64,000 nt of DNA from Vulcanimicrobiota bacterium. Lineage in GTDB: Bacteria; Vulcanimicrobiota; Vulcanimicrobiia; Vulcanimicrobiales; Vulcanimicrobiaceae. Shown one piece after another: positions 1 to 9,605 of this stretch (position 1 is the first letter of the stretch; the number at the start of each line of letters is the position of its first letter). The stretch lies in NCBI GenBank assembly GCA_963714015.1, contig OY970223.1, positions 1,472,001 to 1,536,000 on the forward strand. The letters run 5' to 3'. The notes beneath the pieces were generated by a model. The model saw only the letters and a list, made by a program, of their open reading frames with translations. It was not told the DNA's origin and ran no database searches. A program made the position numbers and the translations under genes.

Positions 1-1
1 T

Positions 2-343
2 CTTCATCTCGTCGACGGCAGCGGTCTCGCGCACGCCGACCGCGTGGCCTCGATCACGCTGGCGCGAATCCTGGCTCGCTTCGACGCGGACCCCCGAGGT
101 AACGAACTGTATCGGCTGCTGCCGCGCGGGGGCAAAGACGGGACGCTGAAGATGTATCATTTTGAGGGCGCGGCGGGACGCGTACGGGCCAAGAGCGGCC
201 ATTTGAGCGATGCCGCTTCGCTGGCGGGGTACGTTGAAACGAGACGGCACGGGCGAGTCGTCTTCGCGTTCATGATTAACGGATCGCCCGGGGATCCCGA
301 TGCGGCGATAGTTTCGGCCGTCGATCGAATCGCGGAACGATAG
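2..343 (+). CDS. dacB: D-alanyl-D-alanine carboxypeptidase/endopeptidase (PBP4, peptidase S13), C-terminal part; truncated by window edge
   Basis: LPRGGKDGTL...VRAKSGHLSDAASLAGYV...FAFMIN matches the S13 C-terminal KTG-like motif. Confidence 0.8.
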   Translation, partial: LHLVDGSGLAHADRVASITLARILARFDADPRGNELYRLLPRGGKDGTLKMYHFEGAAGRVRAKSGHLSDAASLAGYVETRRHGRVVFAFMINGSPGDPDAAIVSAVDRIAER

Positions 344-356
344 CTTTAGGAGAGTA

Positions 357-1751
357 ATGCTCGATCGACAAACGCTCGAACGCCTCGTTTCGATTGCGCT
401 CCGGCGCGGAGGCCACTATGCCGACGTGTTCTGCGAACGCAAGCTCGTTACGTCGTTCCGGCTTCAGTCCGGACACATTCACGAAAGCGCGCTCAGCGTC
501 ACGCAAGGGGTCGGCGTGCGCGTCATCGTGGGTGAATCCGCCGGATACGCATACTCGGACGATCTTTCGATCGAAGCGCTCGAAGAAGCGGCGCGCGTCG
601 CATCACTGATCGCTCGGGAAAACTCGGACGGCATGCACAGTGTGGAGATCGCTCGCAAGGACGTCGCTTCGTTCTACGACAGCGCTCGTCGCGAGCACGC
701 GCCCCCAGATGAATACGTCCGGCTGCTCGAGCGCGCCGACGCCGCCGCCCGGGGATATCATCCGCGAGTAACCGCGGTGAACGCGCACGTTTCGGACGAG
801 TTGCAGGACGTCTGGATCGCGACGAGCGACGGAAGATGGCTGCACGATCACCGGCCCCTGATTTCGTTCGGTGTTCAGGTCGTTACATCGAAAAACCACG
901 AGCGCGCTCAAGGATACGTCGGCGACGGCGGCCGCACGTCGATAGCGTTTTATGATGCGCGCACGCCCGAATCGATCGCGTGTGAGGCCGCTTCGATCGC
1001 CGCCACTAATTTGGAGGCGGTTCCTGCGCCGGCGGGCGAGATGGAAATGATCGTCGGCAGCGGCGGCGGCGGCGTGCTGCTGCACGAGGCGGTCGGACAC
1101 GGATTGGAGAGCGACTTCAATCGTCAGGGCGTCTCCCTCTACAGCGGGCGCATCGGCGAGCGCGTCGCAAGCGAATTGGTAACGATCTACGACGACGGCA
1201 ATCTCCCCGGCGAGCGCGGCAGTATCTCGATTGACGACGAAGGCAACCCGGGCAGCCACAAAGTGCTCGTCGAGCGCGGCGTGCTGCGCGGATACATGCA
1301 GGATCACCTCAACGCGCAACTGATGGGCGTGCAGTCGACCGGAAACGGGCGGCGTCAGTCGTTCCGCGTTTTACCCCAGCCTCGGATGTGCAACACGCAC
1401 ATGCCCAGCGGCCAGTCGTCCGTCGACGAAATCATCGCAAGCACCAAGCGCGGAATTTACGCCAAGTCGTTTGCAGGCGGTCAAGTGGAGATCAGCCGGG
1501 GCGACTTCGTTTTCATGGTGGCCGAAGGCTACCTGATAGAAGACGGTAAGGTGACCGCGCCCGTAAAAAACGCGACTATCGTGGGCAATGGCCCAGACGT
1601 CATGACCAAGGTCGTCGCGGTGGGCAACGATAGCCGTCTTGCAAACCGTCACTACACATGCGGAAAGGGCGGTCAATACGTTCCCGTCGGCGTCGGAATG
1701 CCCACGGTGAAGATCGCCTCGATTACCGTCGGCGGATCCCATGTCGAGTGA
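357..1751 (+). CDS. tldD: TldD metalloprotease
   Basis: HEAVGHGLE zinc motif, PRMCNT, C-terminal CGKGGQYVPVGVGMPT; SD AGGAG upstream. Confidence 0.93.
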   Translation: MLDRQTLERLVSIALRRGGHYADVFCERKLVTSFRLQSGHIHESALSVTQGVGVRVIVGESAGYAYSDDLSIEALEEAARVASLIARENSDGMHSVEIARKDVASFYDSARREHAPPDEYVRLLERADAAARGYHPRVTAVNAHVSDELQDVWIATSDGRWLHDHRPLISFGVQVVTSKNHERAQGYVGDGGRTSIAFYDARTPESIACEAASIAATNLEAVPAPAGEMEMIVGSGGGGVLLHEAVGHGLESDFNRQGVSLYSGRIGERVASELVTIYDDGNLPGERGSISIDDEGNPGSHKVLVERGVLRGYMQDHLNAQLMGVQSTGNGRRQSFRVLPQPRMCNTHMPSGQSSVDEIIASTKRGIYAKSFAGGQVEISRGDFVFMVAEGYLIEDGKVTAPVKNATIVGNGPDVMTKVVAVGNDSRLANRHYTCGKGGQYVPVGVGMPTVKIASITVGGSHVE

Positions 1752-3093
1752 AATGAGCGCATCTCAGGCACTCGAATTCGGACAAGCGGCCGTCGATCGC
1801 GCGCTGCAAGCCGGAGCCTCGCAAGCGGAAGCGGAAATTTCGATCAGCCGGCGATTCTCGACCGAGGCGCGCGACGCCACGATAACCAAACTGGAGCAAT
1901 CCACGGGGAAATCGCTTCACGTTCGCGTCTTCGCGCAAGGCCGAAAGGTATCGCTCATCACCACCGACTTCGAAATGCAGCACGTTTACGATTCCATCGA
2001 AGCGGCGGTCACGCAGGCTAGGCACGTTGCCGCGGATCCATTTTCGGCGTTGCCCGAGGCGCAGCAAAGGCATCCGATGGACGAGTTGGATCTCGAGCTT
2101 TACTCCGGTGACGTGGCAGAGCGGGAAGCACAGTCGAAGATCGACGAAGCGCTCGACATGGAGCGGCGAATCCGCGCCGGCGATGCGCGCGTGACGAACA
2201 GCAACGGCGCACATGTCGGCGACACCATCGGCACGGTAGCTCTCGTCAATTCCAACGGATTCTCCGGCGCGTATCGCTCGACTCGAGTTCATCGTTCCGT
2301 AAGTCCCGTGGCGTTGGACGGCCGGAACAAGCGGACGGGTTCCTACGGAACGGCGGCCCGCCGGTTGACCGATCTCGAAGATCCGGACGTCGTGGCCAAC
2401 AAAGCGGTCACGCGCACGGTGAGCCTTTTCGGCGCCCGCAAACCGGCGACCATGCGGGTTCCGGTGATTTTCGAACGTGACGTCGCCGCATCGGTGCTCT
2501 CCGACTTGTTTTCTGCCGCAAATGCCGCGAACGTCGCGATCGGAAATTCCTGGCTTGCGGAGCGGGCGGGAGAGGTCATCGGGAGCGAACTCGTAACGAT
2601 TGTCGACGACGGGATTCTGCCGGGACTGCTGGGCACCGCGCCCTTCGACGGGGAGGGCGTTCGCACTCGCAGAACGGTAGTCTTCGAACGCGGTGTTTTT
2701 CGAACTTTTCTTTACGACACGTACTATGCGCGCAAGCTGGGAGCCGAGTCTACGGCAAACTCGACCGGCGGCGGCATCGGCCCAAACAACTTTTACTTCG
2801 CTCCCGGCAAATCGACGCTCGACCAGCTCGTCGAGCAAACGGCCCGCGGGATCCTGGTTATAGACACGATCGGTTTTGCTACCGAGCACGCCAGCGGTAC
2901 CTACAGCCGCGGCGCGCGCGGTTTTTACATCGAGAACGGCGAAGTCGCCTATCCCGTGGAAGAATTCACAATCGCCGGTACGTTCGCCGAGATGCTTGCA
3001 GGCGTCGACGCGGTCGCAAACGATCTGCGTTTCGACGCGGGCGTCGTATCGCCGTCATTCCGCGTCGCCGAGATGACCGTTAGCGGCGAATGA
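1741..3093 (+). CDS. pmbA: PmbA/TldE family protein
   Basis: FDGEG motif, SGTYSRGARGFYIENGE, SPSFRV; overlaps the tldD end. Confidence 0.9.
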   Translation: MSSEMSASQALEFGQAAVDRALQAGASQAEAEISISRRFSTEARDATITKLEQSTGKSLHVRVFAQGRKVSLITTDFEMQHVYDSIEAAVTQARHVAADPFSALPEAQQRHPMDELDLELYSGDVAEREAQSKIDEALDMERRIRAGDARVTNSNGAHVGDTIGTVALVNSNGFSGAYRSTRVHRSVSPVALDGRNKRTGSYGTAARRLTDLEDPDVVANKAVTRTVSLFGARKPATMRVPVIFERDVAASVLSDLFSAANAANVAIGNSWLAERAGEVIGSELVTIVDDGILPGLLGTAPFDGEGVRTRRTVVFERGVFRTFLYDTYYARKLGAESTANSTGGGIGPNNFYFAPGKSTLDQLVEQTARGILVIDTIGFATEHASGTYSRGARGFYIENGEVAYPVEEFTIAGTFAEMLAGVDAVANDLRFDAGVVSPSFRVAEMTVSGE

Positions 3094-3136
3094 CACGAAC
3101 GAGACACACGAGGCTGGACGGAGCGCCCTTTTAACG

Positions 3137-4573
3137 ATGGTCAACATTAGTTTCACTCTCATAATGCGGATCGAGATGCCCAACAGTCCCGGCGCTTTCA
3201 ATCAGGTCGCTTCGGCGATTGGTGACGCAGGCGGAGTGATTGCGGCGGTAGACATGCGTTCGGTCAGCAAAACCAGCGTGGTGCGCGACTTCACCGTAAA
3301 CGTCAGCTCCGACGTCGTAGGAAAAAACGTCCGAGACGCGGTCGAAGGGCTCGAAGGCATCACCGTCATCAGCGCATCCGACAGCACGTTCCTGGCGCAT
3401 TTGGGCGGCAAGATACAAGTTGAGCCGAAGATCCCCGTCAAGACGCGGCAAGACCTCTCCACGGTCTACACGCCCGGCGTCGCGCGCGTCTCGATGGCTA
3501 TTGCCGCAGACCCGGCTAAGGCGTTCAATCTCACGATAAAACGCAACAGCGTCGCAGTGATCTCGGACGGTACCGCGGTGCTCGGTTTGGGGGACATCGG
3601 CCCGCTGGGAGCCCTTCCGGTAATGGAAGGCAAGGCGATGCTCTTCAAACAGTTTGCCGGCATCGATGCGTTTCCGATCTGTTTGGACACCAAAGACGTG
3701 GACGAGATCGTCGAAACCGTCGTTCGCATCGCTCCGGTTTTCGGCGGCATCAATTTGGAAGACATCGCAGCGCCGCGTTGTTTCGAAGTAGAGCGCCGGC
3801 TGATCGAGCAGCTCCAGATTCCGGTGATGCACGACGATCAGCACGGGACGGCCGTCGTGATTTTGGCGGCGCTGATCAACGCTGCGAAGGTCGTCGGCAA
3901 AGAGCTCGCCGATCTGCAGATTGTCGTCGCCGGCAGCGGCGCCGCGGGCACCGCAACGATCAAGATGCTTTTGGGCGCAGGAGTGCGCGACGTCATTCCC
4001 GTGGACCGGGCGGGGGCGATCAACCGCAACGAACGGTACGAAAACTCACATTGGCGTTGGCTGGCCGAAAACACGAATCGCGAGAACCGCCGAGGCGCCC
4101 TCTCCGAGGTGCTCAAAGGCGCGGATGCGTTCATCGGTGTCTCGGCGCCGGGAATTCTACAGCCTGCCGATATCAGCAGCATGGGGCGCGACCCGATCGT
4201 GTTCGCAATGGCTAATCCGACGCCCGAGATCATGCCCGACGTCGCCGCACCGTACGTCGGCGTCATCGCAACCGGGCGCTCGGATTTTCCGAATCAGGTA
4301 AACAACTTGCTGGCGTTTCCGGGGATCTTCCGGGGCGCGCTCGACGCGAGAGCGAGCCGGATCACCGAACGGATGAAGCTCGCGGCTGCGCACGCCATCG
4401 CCTCAATCGTCGGCGAAGACGAACGCAGCGCGGAATACATTATTCCGAGCGTTTTCGACGTGCGGGTCGTCGACGCGGTCGCGAAGGCAGTGGCCTCGGC
4501 AGCGGTCGACGAAGGGGTCGCGCGGCGTCAGCTGGTCTTGTCCGAAGGGGAAGATATCACGGCGGGTACGTAA
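3137..4573 (+). CDS. NAD(P)-dependent malic enzyme with N-terminal ACT domain
   Basis: VYTPGVA, SDGTAVLGLGDIG, MEGK, NLEDI, HDDQHGT, ANPTPEI, TGRSDFPNQVNN; about 80-aa ACT-like N-terminus. Confidence 0.92.
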   Translation: MVNISFTLIMRIEMPNSPGAFNQVASAIGDAGGVIAAVDMRSVSKTSVVRDFTVNVSSDVVGKNVRDAVEGLEGITVISASDSTFLAHLGGKIQVEPKIPVKTRQDLSTVYTPGVARVSMAIAADPAKAFNLTIKRNSVAVISDGTAVLGLGDIGPLGALPVMEGKAMLFKQFAGIDAFPICLDTKDVDEIVETVVRIAPVFGGINLEDIAAPRCFEVERRLIEQLQIPVMHDDQHGTAVVILAALINAAKVVGKELADLQIVVAGSGAAGTATIKMLLGAGVRDVIPVDRAGAINRNERYENSHWRWLAENTNRENRRGALSEVLKGADAFIGVSAPGILQPADISSMGRDPIVFAMANPTPEIMPDVAAPYVGVIATGRSDFPNQVNNLLAFPGIFRGALDARASRITERMKLAAAHAIASIVGEDERSAEYIIPSVFDVRVVDAVAKAVASAAVDEGVARRQLVLSEGEDITAGT

Positions 4574-4589
4574 CCTATCGTCAATTAAC

Positions 4590-4660
4590 CGGGGACCCCG
4601 CCCGCGAATAGATGGGCGGCGGCGTGAAGCGCTCAGCGCGGATACGCCTGTTTGAAGGAG
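4590..4660 (+). repeat. Dispersed copy of the structured intergenic element also found (reverse strand) in the 33.1-33.4 kb tandem array
   Basis: GGGGACCCCGCCC-N10-GGGCGGCGGCGTGAAGCGCTCAGCGCGGATACGCCTGTTTGAAGGAG aligns with GGGGGCCCCGCGCG...GCGGGGGGCGTGGAGCGCGGAGCGCGCATACGCCTGTTCAAACGAAGGAG. Confidence 0.75.
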
Positions 4661-4664
4661 GCAT

Positions 4665-5357
4665 ATGGCGCAAGCGAAGATCCTGGTCATCGAGGACGAC
4701 GAAGATATCGCAAAGCTCGAGCAGACCGTGCTCGAGCGCGCAGACTATGAAGTCCGCGTTACCGGGAGCGGTGCCGAGGGTTTGGAACTAGCCGACACGT
4801 ACAAACCCGACGTCGTCATCTTGGATATCGGGCTTCCCGACATCTCCGGCTTGGACGTCTGCACGTCGCTTTCGAATTCGAATAATGCGTTCGTGCTCAT
4901 GGTGAGCGGACACTCGCGCGAGCAGGATGTGCTGCTCGGACTAGGTCTGGGAGCCGACGATTATATCACCAAGCCCTTCTCGGGCAACGAACTCGTGGCG
5001 CGCGTTGCGTCCTTCTTGCGGCGCCGTGAGAAGTATCTGCAAAAGAAAGAAGACGCGGGCGTGCTGCAGGTCGGCACCTCGAAGCTCATCCGCGACTTCC
5101 ATACGCTCAATAACGACGGAAAGAACGTCTCGCTTACCGCGCTCGAGTTTCGCCTCTTATGGTTTCTTGCCGAAGCCGAAGGCCGGCTGCTCACTCGCGC
5201 GCAGATTCTGGAACACGTTTGGAACGACACGTCGGGCGTACCCACCCGCGTCGTCGACGTGCACATCGCGGCTCTGCGCAAGAAGTTGACGGAGGTCGGA
5301 GCGCCGGTCGAGATCGCGAGCGTGCGCGGCATTGGCTACCGTCTCGACACGAGATAA
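4665..5357 (+). CDS. OmpR-family response regulator
   Basis: Receiver domain (IEDD, ILDIGLPD, ADDYITKPF) plus winged helix (VVDVHIAALRKKL, VRGIGYR). Confidence 0.93.
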   Translation: MAQAKILVIEDDEDIAKLEQTVLERADYEVRVTGSGAEGLELADTYKPDVVILDIGLPDISGLDVCTSLSNSNNAFVLMVSGHSREQDVLLGLGLGADDYITKPFSGNELVARVASFLRRREKYLQKKEDAGVLQVGTSKLIRDFHTLNNDGKNVSLTALEFRLLWFLAEAEGRLLTRAQILEHVWNDTSGVPTRVVDVHIAALRKKLTEVGAPVEIASVRGIGYRLDTR

Positions 5358-6807
5358 CGGCGCGCTTCGGATCGTTCTCGAACCGAGCGATCCGCGGCCG
5401 CTCTACGTCCAAATCGCAGATCAGCTCGTCGAGTCCATTGACGCGGATCGCCTAAGGCCGGGCGACCGTCTCCCGGCAATGCGCGATCTGGCCCGGCGGT
5501 TGGATTGCGCACTCGTCACCGTTTCACAAGCTTACGAACTGCTCACTGCGCGCGGCAGGGCCGTGTCGCGCGTCGGCAAGGGCACCTTCATTGCAGAGCC
5601 TGAGGATCGCAGCAAGCCGTTTGCGCGCCGCTGGGAGCCGGATTTGCCGCGCCTGGCGCGCGCGGAACGCATGGAAGGCGTGATGGAGCAGCTTTTGCGC
5701 GCGACTGCTCCCGGCGCCATCAACCTCGCAAGCGGCCATCCCGCTCCCGAAACGTTTCCGCTTGCGGACTTCGCCCGCGCCTTCCATCGCACGCTGGTGG
5801 AAGATCCCGCCGATCTCATGCAATACCGATCGGCGAGCGGCGATCCGGATCTTTGCGGCTCCCTGAGCGCGCTGCTGCGGACGCGCGGTTGCGCCGCGCA
5901 CTCCGAAGACATCATCGTCTGCTCCGGAGCGCAGCAAGCCGCCGATTTGGTTGCCAACGTCTTACTCGAAGCGCGCAGCGTCGTCGCATCCGAGAGCCCG
6001 ACGTACTCCGGAACGCTCGGCGTTTTCGACGCGCGCGGCGCAACTTACGTTGAGGTTGCGAGCGACGTCGACGGCATCCGTCCGGACGACGTCGAGCGCG
6101 TGTTCAGCGAATACCGCCCGCGACTGCTGTACCTCAATCCAATTGCGCAGAATCCGACCGGCGCGGTTTTGCCGCAGCGCCGCGCGAAGCAGATCGTTGC
6201 GCTCGCCAGACGCTATGACGTGGTCATTCTGGAAGATCAGACGGGCTGGCAGCTCACGTACGATGCGGCGGCGCCGCCGCCGCTTGCCGCATTCGATACG
6301 GACGGCCGCGTCGTGATTATGGAGAGCCTCTCGAAGTCGATCTTTCCCGCGCTGCGCATCGGATATCTCTATTGCAAAGGAACGCTCGCGGAAGCGCTTT
6401 CACTGGCGAAGGCGCGCACCGACGTTTTCACCTCGACCCTCACGCAACGGGCGCTTTGGCGATTCATGAACTCCCCTGCGTACGGGCGACACCTGCGCTC
6501 GGCGCGCGCGCTCTACTTGCAGCGCCGGAACGCGTTCGTGCAAGCGCTCGCGGAGTTCGTCCCCTGGGCGGACGTCCGTCCGCCGGCAGCGGGAATGAAC
6601 GTCTGGCTCGCGCTGCCCGCGCGCCTCTCGACGCAGGCCGCATTTGACGCGTGTGCGCGCCAGGGCGTCTTGGTCATGCCGTGCGATTCGTTCTATCCGA
6701 CGCGAAAAGGACCGCCGGCCGTCCGCCTATCGTTCGGCCATCTGACCCTCGAGGAAAGCCGTGAAGCGGCCCGCCGCCTTGGCGAAGCGCTCAACGGGCT
6801 CCTCTAG
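5332..6807 (+). CDS. MocR/GabR-type GntR regulator with PLP-aminotransferase domain
   Basis: N-terminal GntR HTH (PLYVQIA...LRPGDRLPAMRDLA), QNPTG, SLSKSIFPALRIGY. Confidence 0.9.
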   Translation: MATVSTRDNGALRIVLEPSDPRPLYVQIADQLVESIDADRLRPGDRLPAMRDLARRLDCALVTVSQAYELLTARGRAVSRVGKGTFIAEPEDRSKPFARRWEPDLPRLARAERMEGVMEQLLRATAPGAINLASGHPAPETFPLADFARAFHRTLVEDPADLMQYRSASGDPDLCGSLSALLRTRGCAAHSEDIIVCSGAQQAADLVANVLLEARSVVASESPTYSGTLGVFDARGATYVEVASDVDGIRPDDVERVFSEYRPRLLYLNPIAQNPTGAVLPQRRAKQIVALARRYDVVILEDQTGWQLTYDAAAPPPLAAFDTDGRVVIMESLSKSIFPALRIGYLYCKGTLAEALSLAKARTDVFTSTLTQRALWRFMNSPAYGRHLRSARALYLQRRNAFVQALAEFVPWADVRPPAAGMNVWLALPARLSTQAAFDACARQGVLVMPCDSFYPTRKGPPAVRLSFGHLTLEESREAARRLGEALNGLL

Positions 6808-6851
6808 CGCGGCGGCAGGGGAGCTTTAGCGGCCGTCAGTATGCGACGCGG

Positions 6852-9605
6852 GTGAACTCGCTGCGTTTCCCGGCGGCCTTGGCCGCCGCGCTCATGCTGG
6901 GTGCTGCCCCGATGCCGGCCGTCTACATCGCCCCCGCCGGCTTCCGCCCCGCCGGTGCCCCTCGTCCCGGCAACCCTTACGACGTCATTCTCCCCAACGG
7001 GCGCATCGTGGCGCCGGTCGGACGCAGTGTGGCGGTCGGAATGAACGCGCTTGGGGTGACGCTTTCTCCGGACGGCAAGTTCGCCGTCGTGACGAACGAC
7101 GACGAGTTGGAAAGCGGAGTCCAAAGCCGGATCGTTGCCGGCGTGCGCGGCGGTTACAGTCTTGCAGTCGTTAACACCGCCACGATGGCCGTAACGGACG
7201 TCTACAGCAACGACGGCGTGAAATTCTTTCTCGGCGTCACAGCCCTGAAAGACCCGGCTCGTCCGGACCGCACGCTGGTAGTCGCCGCGGGCGGCGGATC
7301 TCAGAACGTTCAGTTCTTCGAACTGGACGCAGCCGGCCGGCTTCATCCGCTGGGCACGCCGCTCGCGATGCCTGCCGCGTACGATGCGCAATACGCAAAC
7401 CTGAATCAGACGTTTCCCGGCTGGATCGCCCTTGCACCCAATCAGCGTTCCGCGTACGTGGTCAATAGTCTGGCGAATACCGTGACGTCGGTCGATTTGC
7501 GCCGTCGCGCCGTAACGGGGACGGCGCCCGTGGGCTTTTTCCCTTATGCTGCGGGCGTTGCGGGAAATCGCCTGCTCGTTACCGATCCCGGCCTGATGCG
7601 CTACGCTAAGTTGCCGCAGCCGGTGCGCACTCCGCAATTTCAGAACGTCTCGTTTTCGCCGGCGCAGAGCTCCGCGCTCTCGTCGGTACTGCTCACCGGC
7701 TCGGGAGCGGTATCGACGGCCTCGCAGACGTCGACACCAATGGACCCTCCGCCCGACGGATTGAATGACGTCGGCGGCGCCGCTCCGACGGCGATCGCGA
7801 TTTCGAAGAACCGCCGCTACGCCTTCGTCTGCATGACCAACGTAGATCGCGTTGCGACCGTCGATGTGTTCGGCGTTCCTCGGGTGGTCGGCGGCCTGCA
7901 ATTGCGGTTGTTCGATCGCGCGCCGTTCGGGACGCAGCCGGACGCCATCGCGCTCAGTCCGGACGGAAAACGCCTGTACGTTGCGCTTGCGGGAATGAAC
8001 GCAGTCGCCGTCTTGGACGCCCGCGATCCGACGCATCTGCACCGGCTGGGATTGATCCCGACGGGATGGTATCCCACCGGTATCGCCGTTTCACGAAACG
8101 GGCGTTTTCTTTACGTGGCGAATGCCAAAGGCTTCGGCCAAGAGCCCGGATTCGAAGGCGGACCGAAGTTGGACGACAACGTTCTGTGGTCCACGCTGCA
8201 GCGCATCGATCTCCACAGGCTTCCGCTCGGAAAGACGACCCTCTCAGCGCTCAACTACAATCGTCTGGCGATCCGTCCGGTCGAGAATCCAATCGTCCCC
8301 CCACTGCGCTCCGGCCGGCGCAGCAGCGTGATTCAACACGTCGTCTTTATCCTGGAAGAGAACAAGACGTACGATGCGATGCTCGGCGATCTGACCGACG
8401 GGCAAGGGCACTGGTGGGGCAAAGGCGATCCTTCGCTGGTCTCGTTCGGAACGACGGTTACGCCGAATCTGCATGCGCTGGCATATCAATTCGGGCTGGC
8501 AACGAACTTTTACGCGGACTCGGAAGAGTCGGACGCCGGCCATCAATTTGCTGCAGCCGGAATCGCAACGTCTTACGCGGAAAAGACGCTGAACGTTCAC
8601 TATAGCCGGACGCCGCTGGATCTGAAGAATGAAGATCCCGAAGATTATCCGCGCGAAGGCTACATCTTCAATGCACTCGCGCGGGCGGGGTTGACATACC
8701 GCGATTACGGCGATTTGCTGCGCGTCTCCGGATACGACGAGGGCGCAGCCGACGATCCCAAGGCGGACGATCCGTTCTACCGCGGCTTGACCGACGCAGA
8801 CGCGCCGACCAGCGGACTAGGCGGCTTGTATGATTTCGACACGCCGGCATTGGCGGCTCTCGGCGGACACGTGGACGAAAATTATCCCGGTTGGAACCTT
8901 CGCATCCGCGACGTGCGCCGCGCCAAAGAATTCATCCGCGACTTCAGCGAGCTGGAGCAGCAGAACGACGTTCCGGCTTTTACGTATATTTGGCTGCCCG
9001 ACGATCACACCGGCAGCGGGCCCGGCATACCGCCGATTCCGGAAGAAGTCGCCGACGGCGATCGCGCGCTCGGAACGATCGTCGACTTTCTCACGCACCA
9101 GCCGACATGGGGCTCGACGGCGATTTTCATTACGCCCGACGACGCGCAGAGCTCGCGCGATCACGTGAGCGAGCACCGCTGCTATGCGATCGTCGTCTCG
9201 CCGTACGCCAAGCGGCATTATGTAGGCGACGTGCATCTTTCTACCGTCAGCATCCTAAAGACTGAGGATGAACTGCTGGGACTGCAGCCGCTCTCGTTAG
9301 GCGACCTGCTTGCCACCGATATGTCGACGTTCTTCACGCCGGCGGCCGACCCAACGCCGTACACGGCCCTTCCGGTGCCGGTTCAAACGGCCAGCGTGGA
9401 AGGGCGCCGCATCGCCGCGATGCTCGAGCAGACCGATCAGAGTGGTCCGGACGCGGACGTCGAACGTTCGGCACGGATCGTTGACCTCTCGCGTCAAGCC
9501 GACGCGCTGGCTGCTCGGCGCTCCGTCCTTTCACCGCAGGAGTACGACGCACGGCAAAGCGAGCTGTACGCGGCCGCTCTGGAGGCTTTGAGTTCAAAAG
9601 AATGA
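6852..9605 (+). CDS. Secreted YncE-like beta-propeller fused to a phosphoesterase/alkaline-phosphatase-superfamily domain
   Basis: Signal peptide, repeated LSPDGK-type blades, IPTGWYPTGIA, HVVFILEENKTYDAMLGD, WLPDDHT, PDDAQSSRDHV. Confidence 0.82.
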   Translation: MNSLRFPAALAAALMLGAAPMPAVYIAPAGFRPAGAPRPGNPYDVILPNGRIVAPVGRSVAVGMNALGVTLSPDGKFAVVTNDDELESGVQSRIVAGVRGGYSLAVVNTATMAVTDVYSNDGVKFFLGVTALKDPARPDRTLVVAAGGGSQNVQFFELDAAGRLHPLGTPLAMPAAYDAQYANLNQTFPGWIALAPNQRSAYVVNSLANTVTSVDLRRRAVTGTAPVGFFPYAAGVAGNRLLVTDPGLMRYAKLPQPVRTPQFQNVSFSPAQSSALSSVLLTGSGAVSTASQTSTPMDPPPDGLNDVGGAAPTAIAISKNRRYAFVCMTNVDRVATVDVFGVPRVVGGLQLRLFDRAPFGTQPDAIALSPDGKRLYVALAGMNAVAVLDARDPTHLHRLGLIPTGWYPTGIAVSRNGRFLYVANAKGFGQEPGFEGGPKLDDNVLWSTLQRIDLHRLPLGKTTLSALNYNRLAIRPVENPIVPPLRSGRRSSVIQHVVFILEENKTYDAMLGDLTDGQGHWWGKGDPSLVSFGTTVTPNLHALAYQFGLATNFYADSEESDAGHQFAAAGIATSYAEKTLNVHYSRTPLDLKNEDPEDYPREGYIFNALARAGLTYRDYGDLLRVSGYDEGAADDPKADDPFYRGLTDADAPTSGLGGLYDFDTPALAALGGHVDENYPGWNLRIRDVRRAKEFIRDFSELEQQNDVPAFTYIWLPDDHTGSGPGIPPIPEEVADGDRALGTIVDFLTHQPTWGSTAIFITPDDAQSSRDHVSEHRCYAIVVSPYAKRHYVGDVHLSTVSILKTEDELLGLQPLSLGDLLATDMSTFFTPAADPTPYTALPVPVQTASVEGRRIAAMLEQTDQSGPDADVERSARIVDLSRQADALAARRSVLSPQEYDARQSELYAAALEALSSKE

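Noticed and set aside
357..3093. tldD/pmbA as part of a RiPP cluster
   Set aside because: No YcaO, precursor or other maturase is adjacent; neighbours are dacB and malic enzyme
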